Position numbers and translations under genes: made by a program
DNA from: Narcine bancroftii
Lineage: Eukaryota
Direction: 5' to 3'
DNA: 64,000 nt
NCBI RefSeq assembly: GCF_036971445.1
Contig: NC_091477.1
Location: 108,004,001 to 108,068,000, forward strand
Notes under the pieces: model-generated
Database searches by the model: none
The model's input: only the letters and a program-made list of their open reading frames with translations
What the model was told of the DNA's origin: nothing
In this document: piece by piece, positions 12,047-23,430 of the stretch
How the letters are laid out: each line of letters opens with the position of its first letter
Position numbering within the stretch: the stretch's first letter is position 1

Positions 12047-12124
12047 GATGTTTTTCCTACAATCACAGCATCTGCAGACCTTTGTGTTTCATCCTGAACA
12101 ATGAGACAATGTTTCAGAATAAGA

Positions 12125-12370
12125 GACCTGGTTAGCTCAACGCTATGACCACAACAGTGACCTGGTTAGCTCAAGACTATGACCACAACAGTGACATGGG
12201 TTCAAATCCAGGGCTGACTGCAAGAGGTTTATGTATTCTCCCATTGTCTGCATAGGATATTAAAATGTATGGGGAAGAGGGGGGAGAAAGGGTTGTAAGT
12301 TAATTGAGGTTTTGGGTGGCAGAGACTCATGGGATGAAAGGGCCTGTTACTGTGCTGTTTGTCCAATTAA
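12125..12370 (+). mobile_element. Degenerate SINE with a tandemly duplicated 34-bp 5' segment
   Basis: gacctggttagctcaa..ctatgaccacaacagt twice (12125-12192), then a gggttcaaatcc B-box-like motif and the SINE body. Confidence 0.6.
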
Positions 12371-12884
12371 TTGTTTTAAAGGAGACATGGAAGAGTTTCT
12401 TCTATCAGGCCCTGACTCTTTTTAATATTCTACCAAAAGGAACTGATTATAGGAATATTTTCATGGTAGAGACTGATAGACAAGGTAGTAAAGGGTATGA
12501 GAAGAGACAGAGAAAGTAGTGTTATGGTGATCATTGGATACATTCTGATCTTAATGAATGGTGGAGAAGGCTCGAGGCATCATGAGCCTTTAACTGTTTC
12601 CTCTGTTTCTTGTAGATATCTGTCTACAGCATCGTGAAGAATATCTTATGTGAACTAACGGTTTAGGGTGTGAAATGTCTAATTATAATGCCATGCATAA
12701 TGTTAATTTAAATAATTATCTGGTAATTGTTATGGAGAAAGTGACATTCCCCATTTGATGAAAACACAACAGAATGAAGCACTGTGAAACCCTCCTCATT
12801 TACAACTGGTACCATCTTGTGCCACACATGAACTTAATTTTATTTTTTATTTATTTTTATTTATTCTTATTTTATGCCATAAGA

Positions 12885-13098
12885 CAAGGGTGGCCAAGCT
12901 TGCTTAACGCAAGTGCCAAATACAATAAACCAGATGTTTGAGAGCCGCAATCATGTGATCGCAAGCCATGCCAACTAAAAGCTACCATTGTGAGCACAGG
13001 CTTGTACAATTCCTGTCTCAGCCGGCATATTTCCGTGAGTTGCAAATTATATGTTAAAGAGCCACATGTGGTCACAAGCCACGGTTTGGCCACACATG
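12885..13098. mobile_element. hAT-superfamily MITE
   Basis: Perfect 8-bp TSD CCATAAGA (12877-12884 and 13099-13106). Imperfect TIRs CAAGGGTGGCCAAGC / GGTTTGGCCACACATG. Confidence 0.85.
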
Positions 13099-13814
13099 CC
13101 ATAAGATATATTCCATATTACTTTATAGCATAGGAGGCCATTCTGCCCATTGAATCAATACCAATTCACAAAGCAACCACATCCCCATAAACCAACTTAT
13201 TCCTCTTCTCATACTCATCAACTCCTTGAGATTCCACTACTGTCCTACATTAGAGAATTTACTCTGGCCTACTACTAATTACTTTATTTAGGCATATCCA
13301 GAATTTTTTTTTAAATTATAGTTGTTGAAAGTTTTGTAAATTTGATGATAAATGGCTCTACATGCTTACTGGTATTCGCATAAATTGTGGTTCAAAAGCA
13401 GCAAATTCACCCCCTCAACAGGTTTTGAGTTCAGGTCCTACTTCAGAACTTTAAGCACACAATCTGGAATTCCAGTTCTGCAGAGGGCCACAATTAATGT
13501 GGTGCCATCTTTGCAGATAATAAATCGTTCTACTCCCAAGCCTTATGGTCTTAGATGATGCTACATGTGCAGCCCTATGAAAAATACACAGGAGAAATTT
13601 TCTCCATATATCCACCAACCAACTTCATTAAAATAAACAGATGATCTGACCATTATGATATTGATATTGCTATTGCTGTGTACAAATGGTCACATCAGTC
13701 ACCCTCGTTTTGTTGCAATATGTCTTGAAAGTCTATGGTCATTAAAGGTGCTGTCCGAATGTTGGATTCATTTTCTTTTACACTAAGTTGTAAAAGGAGA
13801 CTAACTTCAAACAA

Positions 13815-13942
13815 TTTATTGCACATATAAAGTAAAACTCACATAACAAAAATTCAAAATTTCTGAGCAACTTTAACTGCTTCGACATGGTGACATATTT
13901 AATTTGTGCAATTCCCATGTAAATTTCTTTTTTTGTTTTATT
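13815..13942 (-). terminator. Candidate poly(A) signals of the AHSG-like gene
   Basis: AATAAA on the minus strand at 13937-13942 and 13815-13820, about 130 and 250 nt after the stop codon. Confidence 0.55.
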
Positions 13943-14069
13943 TCTATAAATCTTGATCAGGAGGAAACATACATTTTCTTTGTTCTGGTGCAGTTAATAA
14001 TTCTCCATACAGTCATGCAACATTTTTGTTAAGAATGGTTTTTGCCTTTTAGAAAGGAATTAAATTGGT

Positions 14070-14447
14070 TCATTGATGCTCAGGATACTTGCGTACTCCT
14101 GGGCAGCTTCCCAGGTGTTCAGGGAGGTCAGGGAACACTATTTTATTCACATTAATTAAGGTCTGTTCTTCAGAAGATTCTGAGGAGTCCAACTTCACTG
14201 ACCGTTTACGTTTAGGAGGAAAATCCTCAAATTTTTCAGCTTCCGGGAAACCTGTTGTAGGCAGACCATCATGAATTTCTCCATTAAGAATGGTCTGATG
14301 TTCTGCAATTGAAGGAGCAGTAGCCTCCTCTTCCACTATTGGTTGTTCCTCTTCTACTGTTGGGGGGACAGTACTCTGGTCGTCTCCTTCTGGGATGGGA
14401 ATAATATGGTCTTCCACTCTTGGGGACACCGGTTCTGGTCTTTCCAC
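14070..14447 (-). CDS. AHSG: Fetuin-A/AHSG-like coding exon 7 (Pro/Glu-rich C-terminal domain, KRKR, SSESSEE, terminal SCPG)
   Basis: ttacAG acceptor, phase 0, 125 aa then TGA. The terminal Cys in CPG is typical of fetuins. Confidence 0.88.
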   Translation of the reverse strand: MERPEPVSPRVEDHIIPIPEGDDQSTVPPTVEEEQPIVEEEATAPSIAEHQTILNGEIHDGLPTTGFPEAEKFEDFPPKRKRSVKLDSSESSEEQTLINVNKIVFPDLPEHLGSCPGVRKYPEHQ

Positions 14448-15159
14448 CTGTAATATCAAAATGGTCATGTTTTTTATTGGCTTTAAAATCTTTCCTGGAT
14501 AGATTGTAACAAATTATCTTTCTTTAGCTCCAGATTTTGGAATTAAGATGCTTTATTTCATGTTTGAAAAACAATTCTGAGTTTAAGAGATCATACACGC
14601 ACGCACACGCTAGTTTCAACATTACACAGCAGTAATTTAAAATGTTGAAATATTCTGGTATATTTTGAGTAGAATATTGCACCACTTTGTGCATAGAGTT
14701 GGTTGCTTTGTTTTATTGTTCCCTGTATCCTCTGAAATATTCTAGTAAAATAAGCAAATCCACTTCCATTCATTTACCGCAAAGAAGGCAAATAGACTAA
14801 TTGGTGTGGCAGCCTTTTATGTTTCTCCAAAATGCTTGGATGATCTTGGCAATGCACTGCCTCTAATGCTTACCATCTAAAAAATCCCACAACATGACAT
14901 CAATTTCCTAGCCAGAAAAGTAGCCGGGTAGAATACATTACTGCTCTAAAGAATATCAATCATATTTCAAAACGGTCACAAAATTAGAGGACAAAACATT
15001 CTGTGGAGTAGAGACACTAACGTCAAAATACAAGGTCTAAGATTGCAACAGCCATGTCCCAGCCCAGGAAAACAGGCATGCAGAGATATTTCAGTTTAAT
15101 TGCTCTTGGAAAGGCATTATAAACAGACAAGTACATTCCATAAATCTGCATACACCAAC

Positions 15160-15370
15160 AAGGCAGCACGGTTAGCAAAACACCGTTACAGTGCTAGCCA
15201 CCAGGATCAGGCGCTGCCTGTAAGGAGTTGGTACATTCTCCCCGTATTGGCATGAGTTTCCACCAGGTGCTCCAGTTTTCTCCCATCCTTCAAAAAAAAA
15301 CATACTGGGGCTGGAGGTTAATTGGGTTGTATATGCTTGAGGGCCAAAGGGGCCTATTACCATGCCATAG
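15160..15370 (+). mobile_element. V-domain-type tRNA-derived SINE
   Basis: ctgtaaggagttggtacattctccccgt...ggtgctccagttttctcccatccttcaaa core. The same family recurs near 23205, 29460, 37520, 44210, 48720, 50655 and 58495. Confidence 0.75.
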
Positions 15371-15770
15371 GAAAGATTTATTATATCTCGTGCTTACTGA
15401 CAATTAGGTGGGGCTGGGGGGGAAAAGGAGACAATTTGTGATCTTGCTGTCTACATCACCTGTTAATATCTGTTATTATACAAGGATTGTGCAATCAATT
15501 GGTCCACATGTATGAGGATCTTTTCAATTCTCTGAATCAGATATATTTGAAACAATTTAATTTGGGAATTCAATGCTCCCTATCTATTTTATATTAACTC
15601 TGTCTCAGTTAAATTATGCCTGTTAGTAATTTGTCTTTAAATTCTCTCTTCACAGAATGAAAGAACTACCTTATCAAATGCTTTGTCATTTTAACCACTT
15701 CTTTCAGATCACCATTTACCTATTGAACGTTACAGAATTCAGGAATGCAATACAATCTAATCTTGAATAT

Positions 15771-16890
15771 ATTTTTTTAAATTTTTTATTTTTCACACTA
15801 AAAAACCATATTGACCAAGATACATACAGACATTCTCTCTCCCGAATATATACAGTGTCATTCTCTCCCTCCCCTTTCCCCCCTCCCTTCCCTCCCTCCC
15901 TCACCCCCCCCCCACCCATTTGAAGCTCAATCTATAAGACACATTAAACCCGCCAAACAATGTTGTCACCCAATAAAAATAAACAAGAAATCCTACTGAG
16001 TCAGTTCTTTTTGTTGTCTTCTCCTTCTGTCATTTTAGGTGGTGGAAGTCCATGGTAGGATTTCCTATTGTATTTCATGTATGGCTCCCATATTTGTTCG
16101 AATATTGTGATGTTATTTCTTAAATTATATGTTATTTTTTCTAATGGAATACATTTATTCATTTCTATGTACCATTGTTGTATTCTCAAGTTGTCTTCTA
16201 ATTTCCAGGTTGACATAATACATTTTTTTGCTACAGCTAGGGCTATCATAACAAATCTTTTTTGTGCTCCATCCAGTCGAGTCCAAATTCTTTATTTCTT
16301 AAATTACTTAGGAGGAAGATCTCTGGGTTTTTTGGTATATTGCTTTTTGTGATTTTATTTAATATCTGGTTTAGATCTTCCCAAAATTTTTTCACTTTCT
16401 GACATGTCCAAATTGCAAGAATTGTTGTTCCCGTTTCCTTTTTACAGTGAAAATATCTGTTTGATACTGTTGGGTCCCATTTATTTAACTTTTGAGGTGT
16501 GATGTATAGCCTGTGTATCCAGTTATATTGTATCATGCGTAACCTCGTGTTTATTGTATTTCTCATAGTTCTGGAGCATAGCTTTTCCCATGTTTCATTC
16601 TTTATCTCTATGTTTAGATCTTGTTTCCATTTTTGTTTAGGTTTACCGTTTGTTTCCTCATTCTCCTTTTCTTGCAGTTTGATGTACATGTTTGTTACAA
16701 ATTTTTTAATTATCATTGTGTCTGTAATCACATATTCAAAATTGCTTCCTTCTGGTAATCTCAGACTGTTTCCCAATTTGTCCTTCAAGTAGATTTTCAG
16801 TTGATGGTATGCAAACATTGTATCGTGAGTTATATTATATTTATCTTTCATTTGTTCAAGGGATAACAATTTATTTCCTGAAAACAATTT
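15771..16890 (-). mobile_element. 5'-truncated L1-clade LINE (ORF2 C-terminal CCHC region and 3' UTR) in AHSG-like intron 6
   Basis: ORFs 16246-16887 and 16001-16249 (IQYNWIHRLYITP...C..E.GT...IWTC..VKKFW). A-rich tail. TSD TCTTGAATAT (15761-15770 and 16891-16900). Confidence 0.9.
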
Positions 16891-16997
16891 TCTTGAATAT
16901 TTAAGGTTTCATTCTACATGGCATCTGCTTCAAGATCAATATGTAAATTTCTCTTTGTAATACTGGTTTAGGTTTAGGTCTAGATCTAAAGCATTAC

Positions 16998-17084
16998 CTG
17001 AATGCTGTAGATTTCACAATTCACTTCAATCCCATTCACGCCACTAGGGCCAGGAGTGACAGTGGCTATGCAGAATCCAATGTC
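16998..17084 (-). CDS. AHSG: Fetuin-A/AHSG-like coding exon 6: DIGFCIATVTPGPSGVNGIEVNCEIYSIQ
   Basis: ttttgtAG acceptor and CAG|GTAATG donor; 87 nt, phase 0-0. GFC.AT...V.C.IY is the end of cystatin domain 2. Absent from the ORF track. Confidence 0.92.
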
Positions 17085-17319
17085 CTACAAAATGTAAAAG
17101 ACAGGAGTAAATATAATAATTAAATATCTAACTGCTATGCCTGTTCAATTATTTTGCATAATGTTCTATTTTCATTGAGTTCAAGCAGAGACTGAGCCAA
17201 TACCAAAGTACAATAACATGATGAAGGGCTCAAGCCCAAAATGTTGGTTTTCTATCTTTGCTTCCTATGGACACTGCATAACCTGCTGAACTTCTCCAGC
17301 ATTTTGTGTTTTTAATTCA

Positions 17320-17940
17320 TAGAGTCCTTGGTGTCCTCATGAACAAACCACTGAAAACTAACATGTGGATGCAGCTGGCCATTCAGAAGGCAAATGATAT
17401 GCTGGTCTCTGTCTCCTTTAACTGGAGAATTTTAATACAAGAGTAAAAAAGTTCCACAGCATAATTTGTCTTCTTATCTAAAGATAAATGTACTTGATTC
17501 TCTGGAGTGATAATTCACTACCATTGGCTCTGGAAATGGTAGGTCTGTTATATGAGAAAAGATTGAGTAGTCTAGACCTCAGTTCTTTAGAGATTAGAAT
17601 AATAGATGACCTAATTGAATATATTCAAACTTCTCAGTGGTCTTAACGGATCAAAATTTGGTGACTATAGAGATGGTATATCGCAGCAGAGAAGATAAAA
17701 CTGTGATTCCAATCTTGAGAGATAGATCATTTAGGATTGAAATTAAGAAAATATTTTTTACTCCCAGCTAGGAGAATCTACTCCAGTGAGCTATGGAAGC
17801 TAAGTCATTGAATTCAAACCTAAGGTCAATTAATTTCTGATTAGAGAAATAAAAGGATATGGGGGGAAACATGCTAAGGTAGTGTATCAAAAATGATCAG
17901 GTTTGTTAAGCTGAATGGCCTATTCCTGCTCTCAATATTT
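17320..17940 (+). mobile_element. Old CR1 LINE fragment
   Basis: Degenerate match to the CR1 RT C-terminus and 3' tail seen elsewhere in the window. Boundaries approximate. Confidence 0.55.
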
Positions 17941-19265
17941 ATCTCGTTTTCATACGAGTTTATAAATTGGTTTTATTCCGGTATTTGTTAACCATATTCA
18001 ATATTATGAGAGCTATAAATGTCTATTGGGCCATTGTGGATTATTCATTTTTGGATTAATAAAGATCCAAAAGTTAACTAAATGCTCAGCCACAAGGGTT
18101 AACTGTTGTTAATCTAACCAGGTACTCATTCAAAAGTAGTTTTTTGTTAAACATAAAGGTTAATATCAACTGAATCTATAGGAACATAAAAACAGGAACA
18201 GGGCAAAGACATTCCTCAATTTTATTTGCCCACTTTGTTCTCTATACTTTGATGAAGGTTTCTTGCAAAAGTTCATCAATGTGAAAAATTAACCCAGGAT
18301 CCAGAGTGTTTAAGAAGCAAGTTTCAGCTTTCACCTAGTGGTTTTGGAAAGAAAATCTTCAAATTGTCTCTTAAATAATAGCACTAATCAAAAAAGCTTA
18401 TTGTTAGGATTTTCATCATTTGTTTAGCAACTGATTATAAATCTTTTCAAGTCAAATCTGGCCCTTAATGCATTTCCATCATTGTGTCTCAATTAAAGAT
18501 GTGCAGAAGTTTGTGGTATTTCCCATGTCAGGCAACAACACAACATTCAATGAATGTGTGTAACTGCCTATCAGCCTGGGCTGACTTCTTTAGTTAACTG
18601 ATGATACAACAGTATCTGAGACAACAGCCATATGTGTGAAGCATGCATGTCTGACATGCTTGACAACACTGCTACATAATGAATTTGGTGATTGTGGTTA
18701 GAAAAATCAGACTCACTGCAACTGAAAAGCATCAACTAATCAATAGTTATCCAGCAAATAAATAAACTTCAAGCTACAAATGCTGAGATCATCTCAACTT
18801 GATAAAATTAACACCCCATTTATCTAAAATAAAATGCCCCACAATGGCCCGATAGACATTTATAGCTCTCATAATATTGAATATGGTTAACAAATACAGG
18901 AATAAAACCAATTTATAAACTCATGGGTGCTTAACTCCTAATATAGGTTCCATTCCCATGTGTCCCAGAGTTCCATAAACATAATAACTCATACTTACTA
19001 CCCTTAGGGCTCAAGTACCCTCAGCTAAAACATGGTAAGCTACTTGTTCAAGCTACACCTATTATTAAGATCTTATTCAACTCTCTTGTTACACTAATAT
19101 TTTTGGGCAATTTCAAACAAGCAATATTCAAGAAATAAATTAGCAGAACCCATTGATTATTTTCCAAACAATAACTATGTATTGATAATGTTACTTATAA
19201 ATTACTTCAATATAATTGGTAATTCAGTCAGCATTATTTATCTTATCTTTCTGTGTTGTACTCAC

Positions 19266-19361
19266 AGGATGTAAAAGTAGATTCAGAGTACATTGACTAG
19301 TGTGCTTGAAACATGTTGTCTCTTTGATGACAAATTCTACCATTACCGGATGTCCAACTCC
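19266..19361 (-). CDS. AHSG: Fetuin-A/AHSG-like coding exon 5: GVGHPVMVEFVIKETTCFKHTSQCTLNLLLHP
   Basis: tctttcAG acceptor and CCT|GTGAGT donor; 96 nt, phase 0-0. VEF.IKET.C cystatin motif. Confidence 0.92.
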
Positions 19362-19839
19362 CTGAAAGATAACCACAATAATGTTTCTGGTGAATGTCAG
19401 ATTCAACCATTTGTTGCTTGTAAATTCTAACTTCAGAGGCACTGGTATGAAAGAAATATCTACTTCTGATAGGATAACCTGACAGGAAAACAGGATCTGA
19501 AAAAATATCTGAGGATTAGGGTTCGGAAGAGTGTATTTGTGCTGCAAAGTTAGATGTTGAAATCCATGATGTGTATTAATTTTTATAATTTAATATCAGG
19601 ATAGATTGATGAGGCTGGGAAAGTAAGTTTAAACACAGTCAACCCAACAAGAAACAATGAGGTTCAATTTCCGTTTTCCACGTCAGATTCTTCCATCAAT
19701 AAAGATTAACATTGAATTAAGAACAAAGAGGAGCTTAATTCCATAGACTGACAAGAACTGGAGAATGGTTTTGCAATCCAAATCCAACTCACCTCGAATC
19801 CTTACATCAATCTAGAGGGGTCAGAAAAAATATCACTAA

Positions 19840-20300
19840 TATTGAAAGAGTGCAGAGAAGATTTACTAAAAGATTTCCGGAACTTCAGAAACTAAAATAC
19901 AGGGATAGGTTAATCAAGTTAGGACATTATTCCCTGGAGCATAGAAGAACGAGGGGAGATTTGATAGAGGTATACAGAATTATAAAGGATATAAAGAGAA
20001 TAAATGCAGGTAGTTTTTTTCCCACTGAGGTTAGGTGAGATACAAACCAAAGGATATGGGTTAAGGGTGAAAGGGGAACATCTTAGGGGGAACTTCACAC
20101 ACAGAGTGGTGGGAGTGTGGAAGGAGCTGCCAGCTGAAGTGGTGAATGCAGGTTCAATTTTAACATTTAAGTTTGGACAGGTACATAGATGGGAGGGATA
20201 TGGAGGGCTATGGACTAGGTGCAGGTCTTTGGGACTAAGCAAAATAATAGTTTGGCAGACAAGAAGGGCCGAAGGACCTGTTTTCTGTGCCATAATAGCC
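19840..20300 (+). mobile_element. CR1 LINE 3' end
   Basis: VQRRFTKRFPELQKLKYRDRLIKLGHYSLEHRRTRGDLIEVYRII. Confidence 0.85.
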
Positions 20301-21377
20301 TATGATCAGAGACAGTCTCCAGAACAATGGATGATGTTCTAACCACCCTACCTATTCCACCAAGAGAAAGAAAATATTGTTTATAAAGCCAAATTTTCTA
20401 TGATATGGCACCATGAATGGAGGCATCCCCACTCTTCCGCGGCACTTTGCAAACATCATCTTAAGCCTGATTTGAAATGTGTTTAGGCAGACTGGCAGAC
20501 CAAACAGGTTGGATACATTGAAATGTACAATAAGATGAGGAAAGTCTAAAGTACTTGGGGAATATGGAAGAGTTCTTATCGGTCAATAACATCATAGAGG
20601 TAGTTGGATTAAATGATAATGAATTCAGGTCATATGGATAGCTATGCAATGTTAGCTAATTTATACCTCTTGTAGTTATTACCCCATTTAAAAAAAAATA
20701 ACCTATGAGATTCCATTTTAATTCAATGTCTTTCTGAGATATTTCAAAGTATAAATACAGCATGAGGAACCAAAGAATATTTTGCTGAAAGAAATAATCT
20801 ATGACTTTGTTATGGTCATGGACAATCCAGTTCTTGTGCAGACTCTTCACCTTTGTTGAGGCAACAGAGCTAGTTTGGGGTTAAACAGGGAAGTAAGCAG
20901 AAGCTCTGATTGAATAAAATGGAGAGCAGTGCAAGGGAGCTTGGGTCAGTATTCGACGCAGTATTCAAGGCGAAATCCTGCTCTATGGGAAATCCTTGGG
21001 TCATGTGGGCCTTGCCTTGCTGTCATTGACAGTACATTAATATAATGCATCCTGTCTATTCAGATGAGCTCACTGCAGCTGCAACGGAAACAGTTCCCCA
21101 AGTCTCCCAAACACAAGAGGATGAAAACTAACTATTACAGATGGTAATTAGTTTTTAAACCGAACTTTATCAAATCAGTATTATGAGTTGTCATGGAGGT
21201 GAGTGAAAATGGAATGGGGATGATGTTTCAATAAAGAAAACCGCTTCCAAGTGGCTGCCTACAACTTTAGTACATCTCTGTACTCTCCATCGAAAGCTAA
21301 AAGGGAAGAATACAAAATGTGAACACGGGTAACAATTATAATAATTATAGAAAAAGTTTTTTTAAAAGTTCACCAAC

Positions 21378-21544
21378 CTTTGTGGAACTTCGTGATATTT
21401 CTTTTAGATCAAATCTGTGTGTGTGGTTGCTCCTTTCATTAAATGTGTTGAGTGAGACCTTTGCTGCATGGGTTGCTGGTTCACTGGTCGTAGGTATTAG
21501 ATGTGGACAGTCAACACATATTTTAGAAACATCTTCAGCTGAAT
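21378..21544 (-). CDS. AHSG: Fetuin-A/AHSG-like coding exon 4: (D)SAEDVSKICVDCPHLIPTTSEPATHAAKVSLNTFNERSNHTHRFDLKEISRSSTK
   Basis: tttgcAG acceptor and AAG|GTTGGT donor; 167 nt. SPDSAEDV.K.C.DCP...HAAK..L..FN...F.L.EISR matches recalled mammalian fetuin-A. Confidence 0.93.
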
Positions 21545-21690
21545 CTGCAAAGTACAGCAATATTATTGTGCATCCTGCTGGGTACAGTTGGCATTCAACC
21601 GGCTAGGTCATTGGGATTGATGGAAAAATTTTTAATTACTTCATTGGACTTGTCCAATAATTTACCAATTCAACAAAAACAAAACCATAC

Positions 21691-21778
21691 CTGGAGATAC
21701 TTCACACTTATAGCCAATTATATGAATGGGACTTCCAGACTCGACTTGTACCAATACCTTGCAATCTCCTTCTCCTTT
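21691..21778 (-). CDS. AHSG: Fetuin-A/AHSG-like coding exon 3: KGEGDCKVLVQVESGSPIHIIGYKCEVSP(D)
   Basis: ccttAG acceptor and CAG|GTATGG donor; 88 nt, phase 0 to 1. EGDC...KC..SP as in fetuin-A. Absent from the ORF track. Confidence 0.92.
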
Positions 21779-22889
21779 CTAAGGTAACAGTCAGACAAAA
21801 ATAATTTTAATTCATTAGTACTAAAACATGTTACATTCATGGTGCATTTCAAATACCATTTGGTATGTTTGTAATAATGGAATCACATAACAACTGTAAA
21901 ATTAAAATTTACTCCTTGTAATACAGTAACTTAAGAAATTCATACACAATGTCCATATCTATTTCTTTAATGAAGTTAATAGCAGACAGACATTAACTAT
22001 TAATATATGGAATGGTTTCCAAGTTTTAGTAAGCAGAAAATTTGTGCCAAGATTTTGCAGTGATCAATAAGATTATTGCTTTTTAATTTACCTGGCAAAT
22101 GCCAGATAAAACTATATTTTAAATTTTCTTATCATTAGTATGAATGGAGTATTTGTTTATACGTTTGACAGAAAACTTGAATAGACCAGCATTATATTCA
22201 CAATTAAAATAGCACTCCCAAACAAAGAACTCAGCCACATAGTTCAGAAGTATTTGCTACTTAGGTCATTAAAATTTTCATTCCATATTGAGGCTTTTCT
22301 GTTTAAAGACAAAAACAATTAATCCTTTTCCCTTATCCACCATGAACAAATTACAAATCTTTAAACCAAACTTGTCATAACATTATTTGCATCAATATAT
22401 ACCTAACACATGCTACAAAAAGCATTATAAATCAGCCCAAGCATCTAATAGATCCTTTACTAATGAACAAAAGTAAGGAATAACCTCTGTGATTTAATAG
22501 CCTGTGGAGTCTCTAATGGTCCTCAATAGGGTACAAAGCTCCAACTACCATTTTGAGATCTACTCTGCATTTTAGACCTAGATTGAGAGTTCAGACCACT
22601 ATCTCAAAATTTAAGGTATGTCAAATGTACAACAGTTACGAAGAAATTGGGGTTCCTTCCCTTGCCTTTTTTTTCCCCATTTTTATTGTGTTCCTTTTTA
22701 GTACAATAGCTAGCAAATATGGTTTTCCTGTCCATTTCTGGACAAGAAACTTTGAAACTAAAACAATGGTCTGAGTATATTGATTGATTTTTGGCATTAT
22801 AAAAGTAACAAATGAATCCAAAACTCCCCTTTTTGGACTTTGTGTTGCCCTTTTCCTCACTTGTTCTTATTATATTTTGAAAGACTCAC

Positions 22890-23000
22890 AGTTTCTATGA
22901 ATGGTCGAACTTCACAGTTCTTGAGTGGTTTAGGGTTCAGCACATGACACTTGGACTCTCGAGTATCAATGTCCAAATAGTAGGTTGTCTTTCCCTGTGT
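22890..23000 (-). CDS. AHSG: Fetuin-A/AHSG-like coding exon 2: TQGKTTYYLDIDTRESKCHVLNPKPLKNCEVRPFIET
   Basis: tctttcAG acceptor and ACT|GTGAGT donor; 111 nt. IDT.E..CHVL.P.P...C.VR fetuin-A motif. Confidence 0.94.
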
Positions 23001-23204
23001 CTGAAAGATAAATTTAACTCCTAGTATTAATGACACACTTTGCTGCAAAATAAAATGGGGACATCATGGCTGATCATTTAAGGTCGCAGGCCATCTACAT
23101 CACGTGCACACACTACTCTTAAAAGCAAAAGAATAACACAATGATGTAAAATAACACTATTAAAATCATTTCTGAAAACAGTGATATTGCATCAGAACAG
23201 GGCA

Positions 23205-23430
23205 ACATGATTAGTGTAGTGGTTAGACTAACGCCAGTAATTGGGACCGGGGTTCAAATCCCCCACTGTCTGTAAGGAGTTTGTATGTTCTCCCTGTGTC
23301 TGCGTGGAATTCCTCTGGGTGCTCTGGTTTCTTCCCACTGTTCAAAATGTACCAGGGGTTGTAGGTCAATTGGGGTAATTGGGTGGCATGGGCTCATGGG
23401 CAGAAAGGGCCTATTACTGTGTTGTATGTA
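23205..23430 (+). mobile_element. V-domain-type SINE
   Basis: A/B-box-like head (ttagtgtagtggttag...ggttcaaatccc) followed by the gtttgtatgttctccctgtgtctgcgtgg core. Confidence 0.8.

Noticed and set aside
16068-16792. Hydrophobic ORFs antisense to L1 copies (also 26500-26703, 26980-27354, 42943-43272)
   Set aside because: They are antisense shadows of A-rich L1 ORF2 and recur in each copy.
23205-23270. tRNA-like A/B boxes
   Set aside because: These are heads of tRNA-derived SINEs and do not form a complete cloverleaf.
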